From NCBI RefSeq assembly GCF_037042905.1, contig NC_087250.1:9116001-9180000 (forward strand): a stretch of 64,000 bases of DNA, given 5' to 3'. The notes under the pieces were generated by a model. The model made no database searches. It was given only the letters and a program-made list of their open reading frames with translations, and was not told the origin of the DNA. This DNA comes from Lytechinus pictus. Its lineage: Eukaryota. The position numbers and the translations under genes are program-made. Positions 26,237-39,092 of the stretch are shown one piece after another. How positions within the stretch are numbered: position 1 is the stretch's first letter; each line of letters starts with the position of its first letter.

Positions 26237-28110
26237 TTCTGTAAATATTTTCAGTAATAAAGGAAAATTAAAGCCGATAGGATTACTGGATGTGGAAGCT
26301 GTACGGAGGAGATAGGCCCTAAGGAATACAAGCAGTTACAGAAGCTAAGAAGGAGAAAGTGAAAGTTTGAGGAATAAACAGACCTGATGCCAACCATGCT
26401 ATCGAAAAGTAAGATTTGCCTCATCTCTTGTTTCTTGTTTAATAAACCATTCTCAGTTGCTGATAAATATATAACGAATTACACGTTTCCGTTTTCTCTA
26501 TACTAGACGAGGAAGCATTCGTCGCTTTAAATGTTATTTTGATGACTATACGTTAAAAAGTCGATGAATTACTCATCTTATAACAATATACCGTCAATTC
26601 TCCTAAAGAAGAAGAGAAAAGAATTGTAAAGAAGAATTTGAGCTGAGTATTTGGAAGATATAGGAAAGCGATCATTAATTCGAAGCCAAAATATTAGTTC
26701 ACTAACATCGGATGCAAGTATCATCATTTACTGAAGGAAATACGTCAACAACAACCAAAAAAAAAAAATACGAAAAGGAAAGAAGAAGAACACTAAAAAG
26801 ATAAGACGCTGTGTTGAGCGATGTTTGTGATAGTAATTCTTTTAATTTGGATACATTGCATCATATTTATTTGGTATTGAATATAAGGCTTCACAGTATA
26901 TAATGTATATGTTTTATTCAATGGCAAAGTAACCATAGTTGTGAAAGGTTTGAATAGACTCCCCCCAAAAAAGGAGTTATATGGACGGTTGAAGGGTCGA
27001 AGAATATTGTTCCCCATCTAAAATTAAAAGTAAAGCAGAGAGAAGTCCTTTCTTTGTTGATGTGTTTCATTCTTCTCATCACTTTGAAATATTAAAGACA
27101 TTAAACTGTGGCTTAAAGCCCATGAAATTACTCGAATCTATGATAACAATTGCTCCAATTTTATCTGGATTCAAGGCAATGCCATCTAATTCAAAGCTAT
27201 AAGAATTAGTCAAACAAAATAATGATTTTTAATTTGTTTAAAAATTTTGGCGAGGTAGTTATTGATTGAATAAGATAAGCCACTTGTCCATGAGGAAGAA
27301 CACGATATACTCTCAAGGAATTATGCACACAAAAAAGTAATGATAAAAAAAAAATAAAGGGTTTGAAGAAAGGAAGCACTTTTTTTTATTTTTATTATTA
27401 ATCAGAGAAAAAAAAATATAAATGAAATACAACAAGAAACAGACTGGAGTGTAATTTTGACACAATCTTTGGTTCTTGTAAATAAATAAAAATGAGGGGA
27501 AAATTGAATGTCATGTCAGTTATAATTGATCATACCACATCGGATGGAATTTTGCTGTTTGTACGTTATTCGGAAAAATAATAATAATGACGAATGTATT
27601 TAGAGGACAAGGATGGACAGAGAAGAAGAATTTGAAGTTTAATAACCTATTTGTATGTTGATACCATGTAGTTTGAAATCAATGACCTCATCACAGTCAT
27701 GTTTCAAATGAAGCGTATATATGGACACACCCAGTTCAAAAGAATGAATTCTATAGGTCATAGGAAAAAGAGATGATACAACTCAAGAGGAATCTTGTTC
27801 TTCTTCTTCTTTTTAATTGCAGTGTATAGGTTTGATTATTCTATGTAATCAACGTAATTGGTAGAAAATATTTTGATAGGGTAAGGAGAGGAATGGAAGG
27901 AGGAATCGCTGGAGTATATAATTGTTAATGTCAATTGCTACAGTATGACTCCTTTCTTTCTTCTCTCTCCCCCTCTTTCCCTTTTCTGCAAGATATGTTG
28001 TGCGATTGACATGCATATTTTAAAGAAAGATCCAATTGTTAGAGTGGCAATTGGTGTAATGTGTAAATTCCATTCTGTTGATTTGAAAAATTCAACTTGC
28101 GCTTACTTAA

Positions 28111-29319
28111 AGGTCAAGTCCACCCCAGCAAAATATTGATTTGAATAAATAGAGAAAAATTAAACTAACATAATGCTGAAAATTTCATCAAATTCGGGTG
28201 TAAAATAAGAAAGTTATGACATTTTAAAGTTTTGCTTATTTTTCACAAAACAGTGATATGCACAACTCAGTGACATGCAAATGAGTCAGCCGATGATGTC
28301 CATCACTCACTATTTCTTTTGTTTTTTATTGTTTGAATTATACAATATTCCATTTTTTACAGATTTAACCATAGGGACCGACTTTACTGAATCATATAGT
28401 ATTAAACAATGCTAATTCCACATGTTCAGGGAGGAATTAATCACTGTTTCACTTGACAATGAGGAGATAATTAGAATATTTCATATTTCGTTTAATAAAA
28501 TACAAAAGAAATAGTGAGTGGATGACGTCATCACTCTCCTCATTTGCATACCAACCAGGATGTGCATATAACTGTTTTGTGAAATTAAAGGACAAGTCCA
28601 CCCCAACAAAAACTTGATTTGAATAAAAAGAGAAAAATTCAACAAGCATAACACTGAAAATTTCATCAAAATCGGATGTAAAATAAAAAAGTTATGGCAT
28701 TTTAAAGTTTCGCTTATTTTCAACAAAATAGTTATATGAACGAGCCAGTTACATCCAAATGAGAGAGTTGATGACATCACTCACTCACTATTTCTTTTGT
28801 ATTGTATTATATGAAATATGAAATATTTTTATTTTCTCGTCATTGTCATGTGAATGAAGTTTCATTCCTCCCTGAACTCGTGGGATTCCATTATTTTAAC
28901 ATTTTGTGCTTCAGGCAAGGAGGTCCTAATCGTCAAATTCGTAAAAATTGAAATATTGTATAATTCAAACAATAAAAAACAAAAGAAATAGTGAGTGAGT
29001 GACATCATCGACTCTCTCATTTGGATGTAACTGGCTCGTTCATATAACTATTTTGTTGAAAATAAGCGAAACTTTGAAATGTCATAACTTTCTTATTTTA
29101 CATTCGATTTTGATGAAATTTTCAGCATTGTGCTTGTCTGATTTTTCTCTATTGATTCAAATCAACATTGTTCTGAGGTGGACTTGACCTTTAAGCGAAA
29201 CTTTAAAATGTCATAACTTTCTTATTTTACATCCGATTTTGATGAAATTTTCAGTGCTGTGCTTGTTGGATTTTTCTCTTTTTATTCAAATCAATTATTT
29301 GTTGGGGTGGACTTGTCCT
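28111..29319. mobile_element. Kolobok-like MITE containing a related MITE (28589-29190) at an internal TTAA
   Basis: Outer TTAA|AGGTCAAGTCCACC...GGTGGACTTGTCCT|TTAA; inner TTAA|AGGACAAGTCCACC...GGTGGACTTGACCT|TTAA. Confidence 0.9.
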
Positions 29320-30611
29320 TTAAAGAGACATTCTTCAGAACTTTAGAATCTAATTTTGAACTGGACGTCTGGAATAAATGTTGATAAGACGCTAATACTT
29401 TAAAGGCGTCGTACAGTAAACAATAATCCTCTGGTATGTTCTTTTACACGATTGTTTATTCTTGTTAATGTCATTTAAAAACGACTGCAATTTCCTTTAT
29501 TCCTTGTAAATGTTTAAGATGAAAGATTCCAAATGATTCAGCATGTTCAATATAATCCGACAGTGTATTATAAGAAATAATGATATATGGTCGAGTGGCC
29601 ACATTAACTCGATTGTAATGGCAATCAGTGAATCCACTGGTATTTTAATAGACATTAGAATGAAAAGGAATGAAAAGCAAATATTTCAGAGACAAAACAC
29701 AATAATTCTTGTAAAGAGGGTGTGTTATAATACGCCTCACGTGTATTCAATAGATTGTTAAAACATAATGCAAATGATAAGTCTATATAATGCAAATGAG
29801 GTGGGGGAGAATCTCGTCAAGCATGCGTTTAATTTAATTCGAAATAAGTATACGAAGATTCCTTTTCTCTTCCTACACCTTTTAGGTGAATGCAATGTCT
29901 GCTTAAAGATTCAGTGGTATATTTGATTAGATAATAGGTAACCATGATTACATAACCTTACTGATCATGGTTTGAAAATCTTAATTGAATCGTTGGTGGG
30001 ATCTCATATACTCTTTTAAAATCAAACTGAATTAGAATGAATGTATCTTAGATGCAAATTTCGAAAAGGTTTAAGGTTCCAATAGTGGTCCTTTTGTATT
30101 ATCCTTTTCGGTCTTAAAGGAGAAGGTTTTCAAAAGAATGTAGATATAGAAGTTGCAAATCAATTGGGTAAACATTGAACTTTTAATCCATATCTTAGTA
30201 TATGTGGGTCGCCGGTATTTAGGGCATGAATATAGTCGAGAGGCAATTTCCTCAGGATAATGTTGTAGTCCACAGGTTTTTTTTTTCTCTTTATTTTCCT
30301 TTGCTCATTATTGACTTACCTTCAAAATAAATCTCAAGTTAGGGAGAGGGGTTGGCGAGACATGATGAAGATGTCTAAGACATGTAAGAGGGTTTTCGTT
30401 TTAAACATTTCCTTTATAGGAAGATCTCCCTTGATGGTCTTGCTTGTTGATGTTTGTTTTATGTGCACTTTGTTTTTCGTTTCCTATTTTCTTTCAGGGT
30501 CAGTTGGCAGTGGCATTTTGATCATGATCAGATTTACATGTAGGCCGGGCGGACAGGGTGCGGCGCTCTTCCACTTCTCATCCCACGATTTATTATCTTG
30601 TCCATACCCCT

Positions 30612-33600
30612 GTGTTTAATTCTTTAATCTGCAATTTCATATCTTTAAATGTTAAGGGAACTCGAGAACGTCATAAGAGGCAAAATATATTTAAATGGTG
30701 TAAGGATAAAAAAGGGCATATTATTTTTCTCCAGGAAACTTTTAGCACTCAAGATATTGTTAGTAATTGGAGTTCATGTGGGATGGCTTTTGTATTTTTA
30801 GTCACGGTACAAACCACGGTAAAGGCGTTATGATTTTAGTAGATAAAGGGTTTGATATCTCAATAAAACATACAATCATCGATACAGGAGGTAGATACAT
30901 TTTTATTATTGGATCTTTGCAAAATCAGGAAGTAATATTGGGAAATGTTTATTTCCCTGTTAGTAGTAAAGTGCACGAGCAACTTGAGTTTTTGGATTCT
31001 ATTATTAAGATTTTAGGAAGAAAGGAGTTCCAAAATAAACCTTTTATTATAGGAGGAGACTTCAATATGGTTAGGGATATTTATTTAGATTATGATGGAA
31101 AAAACGTAAACAAGAAGCAATCTAAACTTAGTTCAATGTTCGAAAATTTTCTTACGGATTATAAGGCCTTAGATATATGGCGTGTTAAAAATGATTCCAA
31201 GAAACAATATACCTATCATCAAGGAAATCCGTATATGCAAAGTCGATTGGATTACTGGGTGGTTTCAGATATTTTAGAAGAGAAAGTGTTGAATTGTAAA
31301 ATAATACCTTCATTATCACCTGATCACTCAGCAATAGAACTCAATATTAATTTTAATCATATGGTCAAACCAACGATTAAGACTGGTTATTGGAAATTTA
31401 ATAACAGTTTATGTAAGGTCGAAGAATATGTTAAAAGTATGAAGGAGGAAATTATTCGTTTGAAACAGATGTTATCAATAGAGATTATGGACAGCAGAAT
31501 TTTATGGGATTATGTTAAAATGGAAATCCGAAGTTTTACTAGGAAGTACACAAAGAAAAAGGCAAAAGAAAGAAGAGAAAAGATTACAAAGTTGGAAAAG
31601 GAAATTGTAAAATTAGAAGAAGAACTGCAACAAAGACCAAGTAATAAAAATAAGGATTCAATTGACATTTTAACCAGGAAAAGAAATGAATTAAAAGCAA
31701 TTTATACTCATGTTAATGAAGGTATAGAAATCAGATCTCGAGCGCCGTGGTTTGAAAGTGGGGAAAGGGAAACCGCATATTTTAAACAATTGACAGATTC
31801 TAATGGGAAAAAATGTGTAATTAAAAAACTTAAGGTGAATGAAAATATAATTAGTGATGAAATTAATATTTTAAATGAAATCCGAAAGTTTTATTCATCA
31901 TTATACGCTAAATCTGAGGCAGGATTATGCGACGATAATACGTTTTTTCCCAATAGCTTACCCAAACTAACAAAAAATCAGAGTAATCACTGTGAAGGAA
32001 AAATAAACCAAGGTGATTGTATTGAAATCTTAAAAGAAATGCAACTTAATAAATCTCCGGGGAATGATGGACTGAGCGTCGAGTTTTACATTACATTTTG
32101 GCATGTTGTAGGTGATTTAGTTATTAACGGCCTTAATGATAGTTTGATTCATAAAGAATTATCGCCCTCTCAGAGGCAAGCAGTAATTACACTAATACAC
32201 AAGGGGGATAAAGACCCTACAGTCATTAGCAATTACAGACCCATTTCACTTCTCAATGTAGATTATAAAATACTTTCTAAAAGAATAAAAGCGATTCTGA
32301 GTAACATTATTTCAGTTGACCAGGTAGGGTATTTAAATGACAGAAATATTGGTGAAGCAGTAAGATTAATTAATGACATGATATTTCATACCTCACATTT
32401 TAATAAATCGGGTTATTTATTAGCAATCGATTTTGAAAAGGCTTTCGATTCAATTTCACACGCTTTTCTTCAAAAGGCACTTTGTTCATTCGGTTTTGGA
32501 ACGATGTTTAGGGATTGGGTCAAAGTAATTTACACTAACACACTATGCTGCGTTTTCAATGGAGGGAGATCAACTGGCTATTTCGATGTTGAGCGGGGGC
32601 TAAGGCAGGGGGACCCCCTGTCCCCATATCTTTTTATATTGTGTATAGAGTGTTTAACTCACTCTATTCGAAACGATAATTCAGTAAGGGGTATTTGCTT
32701 TGGCGATACGGAAATTAAGCAGGTTCTTTATGCTGATGACATGACAATATTTGTGCAAGATTTAGACTCTATAGATAGATTATACATTATCCTTGAGAAG
32801 TTCAAGAAAATATCTGGACTGAAAATTAATAAAAATAAAACTTTCATTTTGCCTCTAGGGCCTCCTGTTCCACCGGGGAACAGCTTTCCATTCGGTAAAA
32901 GAGTTGATATTGTGAAAATACTGGGTATTTACTTTTCACTCAACCCTGATGTCGCTGAAGAAATGAATTTCAAAGAAATTTTGAGCAAAACCAAAAAGTT
33001 ATTAAATTGGTGGAAACAACGAGATCTCACTTTGATAGGAAAAATTCATTTGCTTAAAACGTATGCGTTTTCCAAATTGACTTATGTGAGCTCCCTATCT
33101 TCAGTTCCAGACTGGGTTTTCAAAGAAATTGATGATACATGTTTTGACTTTTTATGGCGGGGGAAAGACAAAATAAAAAGAAATACTTTATATCTGGATT
33201 ACCGACAAGGTGGGCTAAAAATGCTCAATTTCAAACTATTTATAATGGTACAAAGAGTGATGTGGATTAAAAGATTAGTTACTGGTGACCAGAGAGCAAA
33301 GTGGAAAAGATATTTTAAATTTCTCCTGAGAACATTTGGTGGTCTTTTAATATTTTACTGCAATTTTTCCCCTGATATGGTCGATATTAAATTACCAAAA
33401 TATTACCGAGAAATGTTATGTATTTGGTCTGATATGAATATTTTTATTAAAAAAGATACAAATTGTAAAAGAAATGAAATTTTCTTTAATAATAAGTGTA
33501 TTTTGAAGAAAGGAAAAACGTTTTTTCATGAAAATCTGTTCCTCAAAAATATTTTTAAATTTCATCACATTACAGATGTTAAGGGGGCACTTAAGCCGGA

Positions 33601-34363
33601 TAATTATTTCAGATGTATGGGATTGGACGAGGAGGAAGTATCAGTTATTCAAGAAATATTTGCACATACCCCCAGAGAATGGAAAGACAGATTAAGAAGG
33701 AATACTTCAGTGGACGGCTTGAATATTGAATTTGTCTTTTATGAGAAAAAAATTCAATTCGACTCGGTTACTTCCAAAAATCTATATAGAGGGTGTATAA
33801 AACAAATTGCTGAACAACCAGTTAGTTTTCATAACTTAGCATTATTATATAATCTGTCAAATAAAGAAATTGAGAAAACATTTTATCGTCCTAGATTTAG
33901 TACGTTGGATAACAAATTGAGAGAATTTCAATTTAAAATGCTATACAATATCATCTTTCTGAATCATCACTTATACAGGTTTCATTTTATAGCAAGTGAT
34001 AAATGTTCCTTCTGTAGAAAATACGAAGAAACATATAAGCATTTATTTTTTGAATGTGAAAAAGTAGGAGATTTGTGGGTACGGAGTAGTAATTTGTTTG
34101 GCCTTCCAATTCTAAAAAAACTAAGCTGGATGGAAATCCATATTGGTCTCAAGGAAACAACCGAAAACATACAATTACTTAATCATATCATTTTGCTAAT
34201 CAAATATTTAATATATCAAGGGAGAGGGAAGGGTAAACCACCAACTCCTGAAGAGATAAAGGAAAAGTTACTTATTAGCAAAGAAGAAGAAAAGAAAATT
34301 GCATTAGAGCGTAATACGTTAACGCGACACTATAAGAAATGGGAATATTTAAAGGTTTTATAA
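30612..34363 (+). CDS. L1/Tx1 ORF2p: AP-endonuclease + reverse transcriptase + CCHC zinc knuckle (one N-terminal frameshift)
   Basis: SLNVKG, FLQET, GGDFN, SRLDYW, PDHS (APE); NYRPISLLNVDYK, DFEKAFD, GLRQGDPLSP, YADD (RT); CSFC-x7-HLFFEC; frameshift near 30770 joins ORF 30558-30833 to the 1198-aa ORF; start codon uncertain. Confidence 0.93.
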
Positions 34364-34481
34364 ACATTAACCAAAATAAAAAGGATGGGAAAGGGAGGGG
34401 TGCCCCTCGTCTGCCCGTGCATGGAATCGATCGATCACTGTCGCTGTAAACTGACCTCTGTCCTGTCTGTTATTGGTTCGT

Positions 34482-34482
<1 letters not shown>

Positions 34483-34522
<40 letters not shown>

Positions 34523-34600
34523 CCTTTTAATTGTTCCTGTCCTTTGCTTTTTTTTTTTTTTTTTTTCTCTCTCTCTCCGTTATGTGTATGGTGTTTTTTT
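34483..34600 (+). repeat. Poly-T tracts in the L1/Tx1 3' UTR
   Basis: Long T runs between ORF2 stop and polyadenylation signal. Confidence 0.85.
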
Positions 34601-35104
34601 TTTCTGTCTATTTCTCCCGTTTCTTGTTGTTGGTGTGTTAGTTTGTTCAGCTTTGGGGTCTGATAGGGGGGGCTCATGGGACGGGAGAATGCTCATATAC
34701 ATTCATTCTTTAAATTTGCGTAGTTGTTACGTCTTTGTTTTATTATTTGCTTTATACCTGCATACATAAGTTGTTGAAATGTTATTTTTGCATGAGTTCG
34801 GATTATGTCTCTTTTCTGATACAATTTGCCTGCTGTGTTTATTACACTGTTATTTAATTTGTGTATTGCACTGCTGCAATTATCATTTTGTTCTATATTT
34901 TCTTGATTATGTATGTATGAAATTTATTTGAATTAATAATAAAGATCACTACAAAACAAAAAGATATAAAAACTTAAATGCAGAATTTCTTTTTTCTCTT
35001 CCCCTCAGTGGTGTAATGAGCAAAAAAAAAAAATGGAATAGCTGTCCTCTTTCTGTGCGATAAGTATCTTGTCGAGATGAGAATTATGTGACTCCCCCAT
35101 TTTT

Positions 35105-35292
35105 ATTTTTTTAAGTGCACACCTAGTTACCAATAATGCATATAGCATTTCCATTTATTTGAAAGCAGGATAAAAGAGCATTGTAGATTAGATGCCTTGC
35201 TCACGGGCATAGGTGCCGCGGCCGGGGATCGAACCCCGGTCTTTCCATGAACAGCCAGGCGCCTTAGACCACTCGGCCAAGGCACCTCCCCA
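35105..35292 (-). mobile_element. tRNA-derived SINE (head and partial body)
   Basis: Minus strand GGAGGTGCCTTGGCCGAGTGGTCTAAGG (A box) ... GGTTCGATCCCC (B box) followed by non-tRNA body GAGCAAGGCA. Confidence 0.75.
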
Positions 35293-35334
35293 TGCCGACC
35301 AGTAGCCTGTAGTAGCGCCACCTCCAGTCTTTAA

Positions 35335-35931
35335 AGGACAAGTCCACCCCAACAAAAAGTTGATTCGAATAAAGAGAGAAAAATCCAACAAGCATAACAC
35401 TGACATTTTCATCCAAATCGGTTGTAAAATAAGAAAGTTATGACATTTCAAAGTTTCGCTTCATTTCACAAAACAGTTATATATTCACATCCTTGTCGGT
35501 ATGAAGATGAGGAGACTGATGACATCACTCACTTTTTCTTTAGCATTTTATTATGTGAAATATTTCAATTTTCTCCCTGTTGTCGCGTGAAACAACGATA
35601 AATTCCTCCCTGAAAATGTGCAATTAGCATTGTTTAATACTATATGGTTCAATCAAGTTGGCCTTTATTGTCAAATCTGAAAAAAAAAATGTATTGTATA
35701 ATTCAAACAATACAAAACAAAAGAAACAGTGAGTGAGGGACGCCATCGACTGTCTTATTTGCATGTCATTGAGTTGTGCATATCACTGTTTTGTGAAAAA
35801 TGAGCGAAAATTTAAAATGTCATAACTCTTTTGTTTTACATCCGATTTTGATGACATTTTCAGCATAATGCTTGTTTGATTTTTCTCTATTTTTTATTCA
35901 AACCAACATTTTTCTCGGGTGGACTTGACCT
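35335..35931. mobile_element. Kolobok-like TTAA MITE (AGGACAAGTCCACC family)
   Basis: TTAA TSD at 35331-35334 and 35932-35935 with matching TIRs. Confidence 0.9.
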
Positions 35932-35985
35932 TTAACTACTCACATCAGGCCCGCATAATGCGACGTTCTGAGCAGTGCATCTTAA

Positions 35986-36588
35986 AGGGGTGCTCCAGGC
36001 TGAAAAATGTTTATATCTAAATAAATAGGGTAAAATTCAAAAAGCAAAATGATGAATATATTTTCATCAAAATTGGATAAACAAATAGCGAAGTTCTTGA
36101 ATTTTAAAGTTTAGCGATAAAATGTTAAAACAGTTGTATGCACGTCGTCATGAATATTCATTGGATGGGCTGATGATGTCACATCCCCACTTTCCTTTTA
36201 CTTATGTGCCATGAAATCATTTTTGTTTTCATTTGTCCATACACGTGTGAATGATTTGTCTCCCTTGTAATTAAACAGGTTGCAGCAATGAATATGTTAT
36301 CCACTTAGTCAGTTGTTATTACAATATTTTAGATTCTTGAAGGAAAAAAATGAATAAACCTAATTTTATATAATAAAATAAAAAAGAACAAGTGAGATAT
36401 GACATCATTAGTCCATTGAATATTCATGAAGACATGCCTAGAACTGTATCACCGGAATAATGCAAATCTTTAAAATGCCATAAGTTAACTTTGTTATTCC
36501 GAGTTTGATCAAATTTTCAGTGTTTTGTTTTCTGAACTTTCCTATACATGTATAATGAGTTCAAATATCTTCAGACTGGAGCATCCCT
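35986..36588. mobile_element. Kolobok-like TTAA MITE (AGGGGTGCTCCAG family); short relative at about 10433-10536
   Basis: TTAA|AGGGGTGCTCCAGGCTGAA ... TTCAGACTGGAGCATCCCT|TTAG. Confidence 0.78.
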
Positions 36589-36748
36589 TTAGGATGTAGG
36601 TCAAATTTTGAATGATAACACACTAATTCACATTAATTATGTTACAGGCAGCCAAAAAGTACTTTTTTTTCCTCTGTATGAATAAACATATAGGCTAATT
36701 TTTCTCTCTACGCATAGTGCCAGTGGTCATCTGTAGTTATGAATATAT

Positions 36749-37823
36749 GAAGAGTTTGGTTGCAAACGGGATAAGGTCCACTTCGGACGAATCCGAGAAA
36801 AATCATGTTTTTTATTCTCACTAATTGCAATATTCTTATGAGAAACTAAATTGTCATGATGTACCCTATCTCGTGTACATAAAATTGGGTATAAAAGAAA
36901 TCTACCAGTCTTCAATTTTTATCTACATAAAGTGGACCTAACCCCTTTTGCAAGTTAACTGAAATTAATCCAATCTCTTTTGATTAAAAAGTGATTTTTC
37001 TTTGCCACTTTCATTCACGATTTCATTTGAATTTCAAATTGTCTTTGATATCATCAGAGTGACTAAAAATTTAGAGGTTTAGAGACAGAAAATAACATTT
37101 ATGAAAAATGGACCTAATAATAATAATATAGGGTATTTATATTGCGCACATATCCACCTTGTTAGGTGCTCAAGGCGCTCCTATATTACCCGGCTAAGCT
37201 AGGCGTTCATAGCGCACACAGCTTTTTAAGGAATTACTTCCTACCGGTACCCATTTACCTCACCTGGGTTGAGTGCAGCACACTGTGGATCAGTTTCTTG
37301 CTGAAGGAAATTACGCCATGGCTGGGATTCGAACCCACGACCCTCTGTTTCAAAGTCCGAAGACTAATCCACTGGGCCACAACGCTCCACGCACCTAACC
37401 CCTTTTGACAAATGAGTTCTTCAGAAGGGTTTGGTTGGAAAAGGGGTTAGGTCCATTCCAAGAAAATATTTTTTTCAATTCTCCCATATTGCAATATTCT
37501 TATGAGAAACTGAATTTTCATGATACCCTACGATAAGAACATAGAATTGGGTATAAGAGAAATATACCTCTATTCATATTTTTAAAGATATTCTTTTCCA
37601 AAAAATTAGGCGTGGACCTAACCCCTTTTGCAACTAAACTGAAATGGACCTTACCCCTTTTGAAAAAAAGTGATTTTTCTTTGCCATTTTAGTTCACTTT
37701 TTAATAGGAATTTCAACTTTTCTTTGGTATCATCTTATAGAGCTTCTAAAAATATATACATTGAGACATAAAAATCAAATTTGAAGAAAAATGGACCTAA
37801 CCCCTTTTGCAAGTGAGCTCTTC
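36749..37823. mobile_element. Sola-like MITE (GAAGAG termini) with internal GGACCTAACCCCTTTT repeats, carrying a SINE
   Basis: Inverted homolog of 45070-45885; flanks ATAT/AATT fit an AWWT target. Confidence 0.75.
37118..37392 (-). mobile_element. Full-length tRNA-derived SINE with TSD ACCTAA
   Basis: A box TGGCCCAGTGG, B box GGTTCGAATCC, TTG in anticodon-like loop, (ATT)n tail; TSD 37112-37117 and 37393-37398; empty site present in the 45070-45885 copy. Confidence 0.9.
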
Positions 37824-38629
37824 AATTGTTTTAACAGGATAGGTTTTTTTAACATTTTTTTACAATTTGACAGAACAAGTCTTTAAAAAAAGTGTAAAAG
37901 TTTTATTACAATAAATGTCTCAGGTTACATACACCAAATACCTATTTTCTTTAATTTTACGCAAATGTATGTAAGATTACAGGTGTTCTCGAGACTCTGC
38001 TGCAGGATTTTTTATTATTTTTTTTTTTTAAGTAGAAATTTTCTAACAGTGTACGTCAGTGAGTATTACATTCAGAGTGTGGTATAAATCTAAGTGTAAG
38101 AGTCTAGGAAGAAGTTGTTCATCAGCCTCATAGGCCTATATTCATGAAAATACAGAGTTCAAGTCAGAATCGGAGAAAATTATTTTGGTCAACAAATCCA
38201 TTGTTTTGTTTGAATGGCAAGGTTTAATAAGGTGCAGTGATCTCTGACTGAAGCTGATGTACGTGCGTTGAATTTGACCGCTCTCATCCTTGGAATTCCT
38301 TCTGCTTTTTATCACCTATTCAAAGAGGGGCACTCCAGGCTCAAAGTGGTATGCTTCGAACAGATAGAATAACATCAGACAAACATAAAACTGAAAATTT
38401 CGTGATAATCGGACTATAATATGAATAGTAAGAGTAAATCCAGACAAAGAAACCACTGGAAATGTAATGACAATCGGACGATCGAGGGTTAACAAAACTA
38501 TGACAGTGAGATGTTTTGCCTTATTTCGCTGAAACATGTCTATGCAGGCATGTCCCCATAAATATGCAATGAACAAGCTGATGATATCCTGTCCGCATTT
38601 ACTTGATTTATTCATTTTAGTACGTTTCT

Positions 38630-39092
38630 ACACTGTTAAAAATACGGTGATTTTACAAAGAAAAATCGTAAATTTACAGGATGTTTACCTTTTAATAACA
38701 GACGACACAGTGATTTAACAAACCAAAAGTATCCGTGCAGTGGTATGTAAGGTAAAATTACAAGTTAAATGTAAAGTAAAGTAGAATATATTAATATTTG
38801 TAAAAATACCAACGAACTATGATAATCGTGTTTTTACGTTGATTGCAGTGCATCTAAATAGTGTTCGTATTAAATAAATTAACGGCGATTTTCATGTCAT
38901 GCTGTTTTGGTTGTTTTTTTATATTTATCTATTCAGTATTTTTGCATCTTTACAGCCCATCGTAATTTAACAGTTCATACTGTTTGGGAGTCCCAGTTGT
39001 CAGTAATAATTACTGTTTTTTATCAGGTAAAAAACAGTAATCATAACTGGCAGCTGAGACTCACCATAAATATTGTTTACAGTCAGACAGTG
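38630..39092. mobile_element. CAC-terminal MITE flanked by TA (CACTGTTAAAAA family); relative at about 13086-14738
   Basis: TA|CACTGTTAAAAA ... ACAGTG|TA ends; inverted internal CTCCCAGTTGTCAGT / ACTGGCAGCTGAGAC motif. Confidence 0.55.

Larger units (their letters stand above)
25095..34965 (+). mobile_element. Near full-length L1/Tx1-clade non-LTR retrotransposon with a long inter-ORF spacer
   Basis: ORF1 (coiled coil-RRM-CTD type) and ORF2 (APE-RT-CCHC) co-oriented; 3' UTR ends AATAAA (34937-34942) plus A-rich tail; 5' boundary approximate and TSD not resolved. Confidence 0.8.

Noticed and set aside
29948..30018. LRR-like peptide LHNLTDHGLKILIESL in the L1 spacer
   Set aside because: Single short motif bounded by stops with no neighbouring repeats; likely chance
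35215..35292. tRNA gene (also 37318-37392 and 6575-6650)
   Set aside because: A/B boxes are present but the cloverleaf is imperfect, there is no adjacent oligo-T terminator, and each continues into a SINE body
38160..38420. Exon-like GC-richer unique stretch
   Set aside because: Short open frames on both strands but no consistent splice-site pair or recognisable product
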